In this document: positions 11,501 to 23,158 of the stretch, in pieces
Position numbering within the stretch: position 1 is the first letter of the stretch
How the letters are laid out: every line of letters starts with the position of its first letter
Origin: Klebsormidium nitens
Taxonomy: Eukaryota > Plantae > Klebsormidiophyceae
NCBI GenBank assembly: GCA_000708835.1
Contig: DF237134.1
Span: forward strand, 1-64,000
Reading direction: 5' to 3'
DNA length: 64,000 nucleotides
The notes under the pieces: generated by a model
Databases searched by the model: none
What the model saw: the letters and a program-made list of their open reading frames with translations, nothing else
What the model was told of the DNA's origin: nothing
Position numbers and translations under genes: made by a program

Positions 11501-12000
11501 CGCCTTCGCACTACCACAACTCTGTCTTCCATTCATTCTGCCCATAAATGTATCGGCGGGGGGCCTGGAATGTGTCAAACTGTCCCTGTATCCCACTCCC
11601 TGTTTATCCACACAAAGATCAACACACGGCAGCTTGAGCAAGAAACCTAAGAACCCCGCGCTCCACGAGACGAACAAAACGCCACCACGAAGGTGGCGGA
11701 AAAAAAGAGTCAATTCTCAAGATTCTACGATTCAATTCTGAAGATTCTACGACCAGAGAAGACCCTCAAGCAACACAAGAAAAGAAAGAGAACGGTCGAT
11801 GACGAGTTTTCCGCAGCTCAATTCTTCTCAGCTTCTTTTTCCACAGCTCAGTCACTCTCCGGAATCCTCACCAGGATGTTCTTCCCCTTGAACGTCATGA
11901 ACACGCTCGAGCGCCCAACCTCATTGCCGGCGCCCAGGGGCGTAATCTCCAGCTTGTCGCCCCGGACGTCCGTGGAGACCGTCTCTTTCCGCTTCGCCAT
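5546..12000 (-). CDS. CPSF3: Cleavage and polyadenylation specificity factor 73-kDa subunit (CPSF73/CPSF3), 8 exons
   Basis: Exons 12000-11872, 11137-11040, 10715-10670, 10273-10124, 9196-8943, 8405-8030, 7299-7015, 6253-5546 with GT-AG junctions. Motifs [96 protein letters not shown]. Confidence 0.97.
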
Positions 12001-13095
12001 GGTGAAGGGACAATAATTCCTTTGTGTGACTGATCAAGTTGGCTACAACACCAAAATCTTCCTCGCCGGCAGGCACACACCGAGGATTTCAGAAAAGGGA
12101 CCCAGGATGCTGCAGAAGTCGAATCAAAGCGACTTGTGAGTTGCACTAGCAAAATTGGCCGCCAGAGCTTGAACTTGAAGACTATGTCACTTATATACTC
12201 TCCAGCGCCACGCTTCTGCTCAGATCTGACACTGTGTGGCAAGCACTGCCACTGGCAGTCTGATTTGGCTTCAAATCCTGCAGGAATTGGCATGAAACTG
12301 CCAGATCAGCTCTGTACGAACACGAGGTAGTTGATGCCGGTTGATACCGGTCCTTGCAACGGGGCGAGGTAGACTGTCACGTTGAGAAAAAAGGCCGCAG
12401 CATGGTGCCCTTCACGTTGGGATGACGGTTCTTGTACAGGGTGCTCAAAGGTATCTTCATTTATCCCCATTTGCCCCTGAATTTGACATGCACTTTTTGC
12501 TTGGTCGCAATTTGCAGCTTGCAAGCTGGTGCAATTGCTTCTTGCAAAGATGGCGCTTGCTCAGGCCCAGGGAAAGGGAACAGTATCTCTACTTTAAGTT
12601 GAGGGCAGCGGGACGCAAGACAGGCAGGTCCAGGGGCAATGTTTGTTGCGCAGTTGCAAATTGCCTCTCTACAACATATGCACGTTGACTACGCTGTCTT
12701 GGAACCCCACTTGATTGGGCAACATGTCTGACACAGACGCAAGGTAAGTTCAGGCAACAGATACTTCCTTTCGGCCTTCTCTTGCTTGCATCTCCTTCGG
12801 TTGTTGGCTCGTAGACTCTTTTGTTGCAACAGGAATTTCCACAGGTTGCTTAAAGTGCTGCAGATTGTTCCCCTTTGAGCTACTCCGGATCCATGCTCTT
12901 CCTATTCTTGCTTGAAGTCGCTCACTGACTGTCATTGCCCCCTGTCAACCTTTGCTTGAGATGTTAGCCAGTTGGAAAAGCACCCTATAACTCCTTAGTA
13001 TAGCAGCATCTCATCCTTTGAAACAGGGTCACCACCTGGTCTTCTTAGAGAAAGACATATATCATAGTTTCCATCTTCGTTTTGGGTCCTTGCAG

Positions 13096-16000
13096 AACGC
13101 CAGGTGTGCCCATAAAGCCGCCTGATGCAGCTTACCGGTTGGAAGCCTGGCTGGAAAGAGCTGACGGTATGTCCCGCTGCTCAGTAGAATCTCTTTCCCA
13201 AGCTGCTCCAGTAAAACGCTTGAAAGTGATGTACTCTTGTTGCCTCAAGTGGTGCGCCTGTGCAGGACACTAGCTTGCTGATGTCAAGTGCATCAGGGAA
13301 GCGAGGAGCGTCTTGTGTATAAGATTGGTTCAATGAAGAAAGTCAGGAACACCAGATGAATCACTTTTCTTGAGAGGCACCCAGTTATGCCCCCGGAGTC
13401 CATTGCACAAGGCCCCTCGTTTTGCCCCTTCAGGTCTTTGCCCTACTCAGAAGGTCAGTAATCCGGCCACCTGCTTGTGGTAAAGTGCAGTATGCTGAAA
13501 AGAATGTGCAAGCCGAGAGCAATAATTTTTAATTGTGCGAAGTGGGTTTTGTATACTCGTTTCTTTCTAATATGCTGCAGAACCCCGCCTGGAGTTGGTG
13601 GGGCCTGGAGAGTACAATGAGCTTCTCCAAGCCGCGAGCCGGAATTGGGCCGCATTAGAAAAGGGCATTAAAGAGGCGCAGCAGGGGTCTGACAATCTGC
13701 TTCGAGTAAGGCCGTCTGAAGGTGTTTGTCAGGAGTAAAGCGGGCTATGCTCGTTGGATTGTCATGGTTGAGGAGTTTTGTGATTAGTGATTGTCAAGCT
13801 CCTCTTCTTCTTTGCATGCTACTCTTCTTGGGGTGAATTGTTCGCAGACCCAAATAACATTCAAAGCCGCAGACTCGGTTTCGTCAACACAGGCTGCATC
13901 TCTCTAACTCTTTTCTACAGTCCGTGATCGAACTTTTCCAGATTTTCCTCCCTGTTCATGTGTCTTTCTGCGCACGTTGTAGCCCCTTCTTGCCCCTTCT
14001 TTTTGTATCTTTTATGGCACCCCCACTCTTCGCCCCACTCTATGATCATCCCTTCCCTTACAAGCATCAGCGCCTTTGGAACTCTCAGGACGAACAGACG
14101 CTCCAGGCGCTGGCGCGAGACCGCTACTTCCTCACCTTGACTGAGGCAAACGTGGAGACCCTACTGGCTCTACTGCACAGACTGACAGCTGGCGGTGCTT
14201 GTGGGGATAGCGGTTCAAACGCAGTTGTGTCTGGTGCTCGGATTCTCGCCGCTTGGGTGCGGCGGGTGTCGGTGCAAGGTGAGGGATTTGCACAAGCGTG
14301 CTGGGATGCCCTTCAACAGCACGAATCATTCCTACGTTCACTCTCTGCATTGTGTGTGTACTTGTTTGCACTGCATCCCTTCAACTCTTGTTGTGACTTC
14401 CTTCTCTTGTCCTGTTTCTTTGGGCACTGACTTTAAACGATTGTCCTTCAACGGTCCCAGCCCCTGGCAGCGGTCTACTCTTTCTCGACTGGTCTGTCTC
14501 CAATTCGTTTGCCAAAGGCTGCTATCTTGACTCAAGGACGCCCAGAGTTGCTCGCATCAGAGGTGTGGGGGCGATTCTAGCTTCTCGACGAGCCGCCATT
14601 GAAAATCGTCCCCATTCGCTGCAGCCGCACCGACGTGGGCGTCCAGAAGAGTCCCGGCCATCATTGATACTGCCTGCGACGCTCTCACCTCTAGTTCTTT
14701 AGGGGGCGCATCTGGGAGTCTGATCTATCTCTTGGGCGCTGGAGCCGCAGGTAAGCACGCGTAACAAATAACTCTTTTTGGATACGTGGGCCGTTGATCA
14801 TTGAGCTGAGGAAGATTAATATTCGAAACCAAAAGAGATGGTCAGATTAGTGCAGAAGACGGCGCCAAGTTTGGCCTGGCTGTCGCTACTCGCATGCGTG
14901 GTTTAGTAGCAGTCTGTTGTTTTGGGTCGATCGAGAGAGTCCTGTCAGCAGCTGAGCTCAAATCAATCGTATCGCACTTCTACCCAAGCTCGTTGGAGTA
15001 AGTGCTCTGCATTTTTAGAATCTCATGTTGTGTTTAAACAAGTGTCGAACAGCGAAAGTTTGTCCCTACTTCCGAAGATAGTGACTTGATTCTCGCTCCG
15101 GTTACTTTGGTGGGCAGCCCCTCAATGCTCGCCAACTGGACACTCTCGATGTCGGGAAGTGGTGACACAGGCGCTGCATCAGCGGAGGTCTGCAGTGAGG
15201 TAAGCCTCTGCTGAGCTCCTGCGCCCGCCCACTTATCTGTAGTCGTTTCGTGCAACACATTTTGCACTTCCCTTTCGAAGCTGCCCAGAGTTGCCATTAC
15301 CACGAAGTGCTCGACCCCGCCCTGCGTTCGGGTCCAGTGCAGTCAACTGCTTGTGCGATTCGCTGCAATCACATGGCATGGCCACCTCCGTCGAATTTGG
15401 CCCTTATACGTCCGGAGGACCGCAGATGGCCCCTCCCCCTTCCTTAGATGATACGAAATATGAGCCGGAGGAATGCTCGCTCGTTCATTCATCCGTGCTC
15501 CGAAGCACAAACTCGAACCAGGGTTTTGAAGGAAGGCTTTCCGTCCAACAGCTGTTGTTCAACTGTCTTCTAGCTTCTATATTAGAAATTTGAAGCTTGG
15601 TATACGAGCTCTTACCCCCTCCTCTCCTTTTTCCCAGTGGGCCCACTCAATTCCCCGACGCTCTCGTCGGCGCCGCATACCTCATCACCGGCGGCTCTGG
15701 CGTCCACGGGGCGCATCTGACCGCCCTCCTCACCAGCCTCCTCCACCTTTGGGCCCCACCAACCGGTTCCTTTTTCTCGGTCACTTCCATCGCTCGCCCC
15801 TCCCCCCACTCCCCGCACCAAAAGGCTGACCCCCCGAGCAGCAGTTCTGGCTCCCACGAGCTCCTTCCGCTCAGTCCGCCGGAATCCGCCGGAGCCCCCC
15901 TCATCCAGGCGCTTGCGCTCTCCCGACTGCTAGAGTACCTCGCGCTGCTAAGTGCGCGCGCGCTCTCCCAGGACTTCGGCACGCGCTCCCTGGCGCTCGC

Positions 16001-18780
16001 AGACGCAAAAGCGGTCCAAATCAGCCTCAGTCTATCGGGGGATCCCTCGGTAAGCGTATTGGCGCTCGCCGGCTTCAACCGGGGGTTGGGCGGCCGTCGG
16101 GGGGACGGCTTTCGCGGCGCGGCCGAGGACTGGGTCCGGTTGGTCGAGCAACAGGAAGGGCTACTCATTTCAGCAGCTGAGGCGGTACTTGCAGAAGTAG
16201 GCAGAACCTCAAAAGTTGGCGCTCTCGGTCAGGCTTACGTGCACAAGGGACTCGCGCACCGGGTCCAGTGCGCGGCGCTCGCATGCTCGCGTCTGGACTC
16301 CATACCCGGGACGCCCCTTGGAGGAAACGCCTCGATCTTGCTTTGCCTCAGCTCGGCCCTGTTCAGAGACCTCTTGAGCCTCGGCCGGCTGCATTCGGCC
16401 GCAGCTCCGTTCATTTTGTCGGATCGGAATCCAAACGGAAGGCCGGCAGGTTCCGGACGGAACTCCGGCCTTCAGTTGCACGAGGAGTTGAATCGGGCGT
16501 TTGCGGAGGTGAGAGAACGGGTGGAAGGGGACGCGTTCAAGAACGTGGGTTTGCTCGCGAGGGCTCTCTGCGACCACTGCAAAGCAGCAGACGATGCGGG
16601 GCGGCGACTGGTTCTGGGGGAGGTGGTGCGTTTTGCACTTGGCCTTGAAAAAGGGCACCGAAACGCTGCGTTGAGTACGGAGGCAAATGGGGCTGCGGAG
16701 AGGGAAGCCGCCGAGGCCGCCACGAGAAAGGTCCTCGACGCCTGCTTCCTGACGGTGACCGTCTGCTGTGAAGCGGTCCTGGGAGAGGCGCCTGGTTCCG
16801 TTCCGCCCGGGTCCGTTCCGGCCGTGCGGCCGGCGGAAGCGGATCCGAAGGTGGTCTGCGAGATACTGGAGGCCCTGTCCTGCGTGGAGTTTTGCCGGGT
16901 GCCGTACGCGGGGTATGGCCAGCTGGTGACTCGGGCAGTCACGCTGGCCGCTAAGAGCAGAAACGGGGCAGAAGGGTTGGCGGCAAACATGCCGAAGTAC
17001 GAGGACACAGTCGCTCTCGCACTGGTCCAGTCGCCAATCCTTTCTGGAGGCGAGTCGAGGGGTTTGCGGGGATCAGAGCCTGGCTACTCCGGAGCAGTAG
17101 CAACGGACAGAGAGGGTCGTGGTCTTGGCCAGGCAGACATTGTTGAGGGAAACGACTCGAGGGGAGAGATGGTGGAAAGCACACCCAGCACGTCCGGCCG
17201 GGGGGCCGCAACCGGTCACCACGTTAACCCGACAGGACTCCTTTCCCCCGAGGGCCAGTCTCCTACCTTTTGGGCACGTGACGCGGTTCGTGCCGCCCGC
17301 GTCCACTTCATGCTGCGCGTCTTGGGGCCGTGCGTCGAGAAGATCGGGGACGAGCCGTTTGCGCATGCGGTCCTGCCGATGCTCCTGCTGTATCTGCTTC
17401 ACCCCTCGGCGCCAGTCTCGCGCTCCGCCCACGCGCTCTTTGCTGCCTTTCTGGACAGCCGGGAGGCGTTCCGCCGAGAGTTCGAAGCGGAACGGAACGG
17501 CGGAACGGCACGGACCGGCGGAACGGAATGGAGCTCCCCAGACCTCGACTCCGCGTGGCAGCCCCCTCCAAAGACCAGCATCTTGCAGCGGCTGAATCTT
17601 CTGTCCCCTCAACACAACGCAAAGAGCGACCCCCCCAGGGATGTATCCGTTGCGGAACGGGCGGCGCTGTTCTACGTGCAGCGGTCGCTGGGGGGGTTCC
17701 CGGGGCTGACGTCATTCGAGGCGTTCACGGCGGGGGTGGCGGCAGTAGTGCGCCACGTGCCCCCCGGGAGCCCGGCGATCGTGCTGTCGTTGCGGCGGAT
17801 CGCGGCGGCTGCCAAGGATCTGTTCGCGCGGGGGGTGCCGTACGTGCCGCCGGAGGGGGAGGCAAACGGAGAAAAAGGAAAGGCGCCGCAAGAAGGGAGT
17901 CGGGGGGGGCAGCTGACGCGGCTACTGGTGCACCTGATCCCCATTGTAGATATCCAGGTGGGAATACGGTCCGCTGTGAAGTCCGACGGTAAAGTTGTTT
18001 GCTAGCGGTTCAAGGATAGAATCTTAATTACGCTTTGCCGCTGCTTCATTGGGGGCCGCGTCTGCTCCACGAGAGAAGTGCCGACGTGGATTTTCCGGGA
18101 TCTGTGCAACCTGACGTATTGATGTTGTTTGAATCTGCTTTTGGCAGCCTGCAACCGGCATTTCTGGCAGGTTTTTGAGTGGAGTGGATCATGAGATTCC
18201 CAATGTAATAGTGGTCTGCAGTGCAGAGCTCAGCCTTTTCGTCGAATGCCGACTCTGTCATACTAGGTGCCACTTCCAGATTCAGCGTACGGGGATTTAC
18301 GCAAGCTCCTATTCTACATTTTTGGCGCCCAGCTCGAGTCACCTTCGTCCTTACGCTCTCCCCGCTTATCGTAAAAGACAGCCACGTCCACGTTTTTTCC
18401 TGAACTTGCCGAAGTGACTGGTAGCTAGATTCTGACACCTACTTCTCGCCCTCGCCCCGCAGGTCCTGACCGGTCTGCTCCACGAGACGGAGGCCGTGGT
18501 GCTCTTCATCTCCGACCAGTCCGCCCAGCAAGCCGCGCTCGCGGAGCTGTACGAAGTCCTCGCCGCGAACGAGGACTACACGCGCAAGGCGCACTGCACC
18601 GTATGGTACCAGCAGCTCGCGGCGAAGTGCGTCGCGCAGTTTCGGGCGAGAGTGAGAGAGGGGAAGGCGGGGGTGGCGAGGATAAAGTCGAAGGACGGGG
18701 CGGGGGGGCGGTCTTGGCCCCGGACGTGGGGGCTCTCAAGACCGAGGCAGAGCGTAGGGGACGAAGACGCGATTTCATAA
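13096..18780 (+). CDS. Conserved plant protein of unknown function, homologue of Arabidopsis At1g73970 ('obscurin-like', helical repeat); first exon unresolved
   Basis: Phase-compatible exons at 13096-13166, ~13581-13707, ~14064-14279, ~14627-14750, then a large exon ~15638-17957 (join phase unresolved) and a last exon 18463-18780. Motifs YRLEAWL, LQALARDRYFLTL, ILAAWVRR, RAARVHFML, LVHLIPIVDIQV, NEDYTRKAHCTVWYQQL resemble At1g73970 as I recall it. Confidence 0.7.
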
Positions 18781-20425
18781 CGCTGTTGTCCGGTTTAGAA
18801 GTCCTCCGTTCTATTCCATCATGATTCACTCTCGTCCAGTCTACCACGTCTCTCCAACATGATCTGCTTTCATCCAGTTTATGAAAATGTGATGCTACCT
18901 ACCGGTATTCGACGACAGCAAACTTTTTTCAGTGTGTTGCACTCGAAGGTCGGTCACATGGTCAAGGAGCCAGGTAGCTCTTGAAACGTGACGGATTTAC
19001 AGTAGCGGATGGCATGGCAGTTCATTCGCGCAAACTTCTGCCATCTGATAAACACGGTCCAAACCGAGACGATCCTCCTTGCGCCTCATGCAAAACGCAT
19101 GCAGAGCTGCCTAGCTATGCTATCTAATTTGGAAGTCGATCAAAATTGGTCGAAGTAGCGCTGTTCAGCGGGTACGGTAAGTTTCGAAATATCCTCCGCG
19201 CGCTCGATTCCATGGTCAGCTGTTACCATGAATTCAGGGCCGGTTTGAATGGTTAATGCATGAAAGAGAACAAGGAGTGATCTGCGCAGCGGCGCCCACT
19301 GCATGCCAGCGGCTAAACGCTTCCCAATAAAGAGATGACGTCCCAACTGAGGCATTCGGTCTGAAATCGACTTGTCCGGTAACAAAATTGTGCCATGTGA
19401 CAGCTATCAATGCATGCGCAAGCATCCATGCTGCGCTTCATGAGGGATCGTTAAGTGCCATTATATAGAACCGCACGCGAAAATACAGGCTTGCATCACA
19501 TTGCAATGCGTACTACACATGCAGCGGACTCGGCCTCGACCACGTCCTTAGGAACATAATGCAGATAAGAAGATCGATCCGACAAGAAGCTGCACTCGGT
19601 GGTAAGAACCTTTTTGCCTACGTAAGCACAGACCAACGATTCTAGTGGGATATCCGTATAGCTCGAGGCTCGGGCAGCGCTGCATGCTATATGGGCCACC
19701 AATGAAAGGACGGATGAAGCAGGGGATCGATGAGCAAAACACCAAGCGCCTCGTCGCCGAGTGCCAGAGCACTTCAGAAAACTTACGCGAGCCGGCACGA
19801 GTGGGGAGTTTGGTCGGTGCCAAGAAAAGGTGGTAAGCCATGTCGCAGGTTTTCTGCTTTAGTACGTGTTAGGTTGAAGACTTCCTGTTCAACTAAACAT
19901 CGAAGGTCACAGTCAGAGGAAGAGAATACCTCTGATCAGCGATGAGCAGAAACAAGCACAATCCAGACACCCGGCATCGGAACGTTACAAGCCCAGTCTA
20001 GATACTCGTTTCTTTGTGAATGTCTTTCGACCGTTAACGGCAGATAAGAGCTCATGTGGAATGTAGGTGGGACGTTGACGCTGACTCGCAATCTTGCATT
20101 CAGTGGCAAAAATCCTTGTGCCCTGTTCTCCAGGCGAGCTTCTGACAGGCTGCACCCAGGAAAGACAAACGACTCAGCTTCGAAGGGTTTTTGTCCCGAT
20201 TGCCCTTTCTTCAGTGCTCAGAAAGCCTGCCAAGAGTTGAAAGTACATCCTGAGATGAAGGAATGGCAACAATTTCTGCCGATGCCTCGAACGTATGTTT
20301 TTCGAGTTGACGGGTTTGCACTGGTGCGTTCTTTGTAATATTTGACGATTCCTCAGGCCAAGCAAGCGCATTGCCTTTCAGACATATATAGCGGGCCAAC
20401 CAGGCAGAAAGCATGTCCCGCATCG

Positions 20426-21823
20426 CTATTTGATACGAAGATTCAAAAAGCTTTCGTGATACACACCTTTACTGCAGTACACAGCAAGTCTGCACCGCCC
20501 ACAGATTTGGAATGTGCCACCCATAGATTCGACGTTGCCGCAACTAGAGTGCGAGCACTTTCTGCGCTCCAGCCGGGGTTTGACAGGCACACTCGCGGCC
20601 CCCACGGCCCCAACTTCCGCTGGTTCCGTTTCCGCTGTCCGCTGCTTCGATCGTGGCTTCTCGACATAGAAGGTCTGGCAGGTCTCCTCCGATGGTGCTG
20701 AGAACATTTTGCCGAGCTGGACCGCTCTTCTCACCGCTTTCTCATCAGCTCGGAAACGCTCATCCAGGTAGGACTCTGCCCCTTTGCTGGACAGGTCTTG
20801 AAGCTCCTCTCTCCAGAACTGGCGCACAGCATGATTGACAACACAGTCCCAAGTCTCTGCTCCCATCCTGTCTCCTGCAGATCGCATGGCGAGCAAAGAG
20901 GAGCCGATAGAAGGGTACTGCGAAAGAATGTTGTCTTCCAGATCTGCTTTCATCGTGGCACAGAGAAGCCTCCTTGCTAGATCGACCTGCTCCCAACTCT
21001 TGACATTCGCCAAAACGTGCCCGATGACCTCGTAGAGATCGCCTTTCAGTGCCCACAGATCAGCTTTCTCACTAGCAGCGGCGCTACATACGAGCGCAAG
21101 GCACGCAAAATGTGTCTCCGCGTATATCCTCGCAGTCCCATTCTGAAGGCAGGCCGCATATTTGAGGATGCCCCGCAACAGACCAGTTTCTTCTGCAACT
21201 CTTTTCTCGCAGTTGCGAGACCTTGGCATCAAGTGGTTGAGCAGCTGCACGACTTCTCCCCTTGCATGTATCTGGAACTTGTATGCTTGATGGCGGTTTA
21301 TTCTTCCCAGGTGTGGCTCTGCTACGAAAATGGCTCCCAAAACCTCCATCAAGTCAGGGAATTCCTTGAGTATGAAAGCCACGCATCGGGTATCAATAGT
21401 TAGGGAGATCAAGCAATGAAGGAGCACCACAGGTTTGTTAGCCTTGACTTTTGACTTCAACTTCGATTTCAGATCGATCTTCCTCTGCGCCACACGAAAC
21501 GTCCAGTCTCCTGACTGAGCTTCCCTCATGTCACAAGCAATTGCCCTGACAATTCCTCTCTCTAGCGAGAAGACCGCTAGGTCCAGGACAATCCGATCTT
21601 CTCCTTGGCTTCGAAGGTGCTGAAAACACTGCTCCAACTGAGCGACTGCGATCAGTCTCTTCTCTGGATGTCCAGAGTGTGCAGATTTGAGAATCTCAAG
21701 CACAAACGAGCAAGTCTCTGGTTCCTCCAAACCTACGCTTTGCAGGATTCTCGATCGGATCTCGTCATCTGCATGATGAGCAAGACGTCTATTCTCAAGC
21801 AGACCAGCAGGTTCCGACGCCAT
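20426..21823 (-). CDS. MYND-type zinc-finger protein (long first exon; last exon unresolved)
   Basis: 465-aa ORF ending CSHSSCGNVE...FQICGRCRLAVYCSK followed by a GT donor at 20466. This is the N-terminal two-thirds of a MYND finger. Confidence 0.7.
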   Translation of the reverse strand: MASEPAGLLENRRLAHHADDEIRSRILQSVGLEEPETCSFVLEILKSAHSGHPEKRLIAVAQLEQCFQHLRSQGEDRIVLDLAVFSLERGIVRAIACDMREAQSGDWTFRVAQRKIDLKSKLKSKVKANKPVVLLHCLISLTIDTRCVAFILKEFPDLMEVLGAIFVAEPHLGRINRHQAYKFQIHARGEVVQLLNHLMPRSRNCEKRVAEETGLLRGILKYAACLQNGTARIYAETHFACLALVCSAAASEKADLWALKGDLYEVIGHVLANVKSWEQVDLARRLLCATMKADLEDNILSQYPSIGSSLLAMRSAGDRMGAETWDCVVNHAVRQFWREELQDLSSKGAESYLDERFRADEKAVRRAVQLGKMFSAPSEETCQTFYVEKPRSKQRTAETEPAEVGAVGAASVPVKPRLERRKCSHSSCGNVESMGGTFQICGRCRLAVYCSKGVYHESFLNLRIK

Positions 21824-23158
21824 TCTCGCTTCAGGCCTTGAAGAAAAGGCTCTCTGGTGCTCCTTGGAATTAAAGGTCTCTCAAGAATTTCAGCCGCGAG
21901 TTTCTAAGATACCAGCGCCTCCTCCCCATGCACACAGGAGACATCAAGACTTGATGATGGGGTGTCTCCTTTGTCGCAAGGTTCCTGCAAGTGCAGTTCC
22001 GCTCAGCTTTTATGCGCATAAATGGTACAGCAGCAGGAGGCATGCATGCCCGCACGGCTGCCAGACCATGACCCGCGATTTTGCATCATCACCTCATATT
22101 CAGACGGATGTCGAGCTTACGCGCGACAGGAGCGGTGAAAGCCGCCCTGTTGACATCACTGCTTTCGACGTTTGATGTTCGATACCGGGGGCCCTGCCAT
22201 TTTGCCCCAGATAAGATCTCAGCATGTGCAAGATCTGAATTACACGGCATGAGAATGTGGCTACGCACAAGGCCTCACTGGGCATCTTCGGAAGTAATGC
22301 ATCCCTGAGTTCAAGACGTGTATCACAAAACCCACGTCTTCGAGAAGAGTTTGACATCCGCTGCGGTAGATCACTTAAGATTAGGGTAAGGTACCTTCTA
22401 TATGCTGGCGCCGCCAGGTTTGCCCCTCACCGACCAAACGGCGATTGACACCAGAGTGAGCTAGGACTTTTGAGAGCAAACCATACTGGTCGAACTCGAT
22501 GCCGCCTTGTATTGCAGTCGGACACTGGAAGTTGCAACGGCACCTGTACCTTCAGGTCATTATGCAGATGCATATACGACCAAGTATGCTTGTATACCAA
22601 GTCTGTGCTGGCAATGAATATCTAGACAGTTGCAATGTCATAGACGAATAATTTGTTTAAAAAATCGTTCTTCTACACCACACACAGTAGCTGACAATGA
22701 TGTCATACTGGCCAAAGAGTTTGCAGCATGGTACGCGCAAGCCTTATGTAATACAAGGGACACCTTTATCCGCTGCCAGGATCCCGATTCGGAGCCCTTG
22801 AGCATCCATGTAGGGACCTTCAAAAGCTCAGGGAGGGCGGCAGCCTGCGCGCTTACGGCAGAGTTCAGCTAGAGCGGTGAACCTCGAAGCCTCAGCTATG
22901 CTTGATTCACCCTAAGGGTCCGTCGAGAGCGATTGGCAGATGAACCAGGGCTGGCTGCAGCCACGTGTTGCAACCGAAGCAGAGACGCTAATTCATCGTA
23001 AGCACTCAAGAATGTTCGTAAGAGCGTCATACTGGCGTCATAAATCTTATTCACCTTCCTGCACATCTGACGAGGCTGTGCCGGCAGTCGGCTCAACGAG
23101 TCCCTTTCGATCTGAACCACCCAAGAATTCTGAGACAATGTCTCCCACTTCCTAGATC

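Noticed and set aside
15612-17992. Many overlapping 80-220-aa ORFs on both strands
   Set aside because: They are alternative-frame shadows of one GC-rich 2.3-kb exon and carry no motifs.
19620-19840. Plus-strand exon-like segment ending in GTAAG (GYPYSSRLGQRC...AKKR)
   Set aside because: No recognisable domain and no partner exons could be linked.
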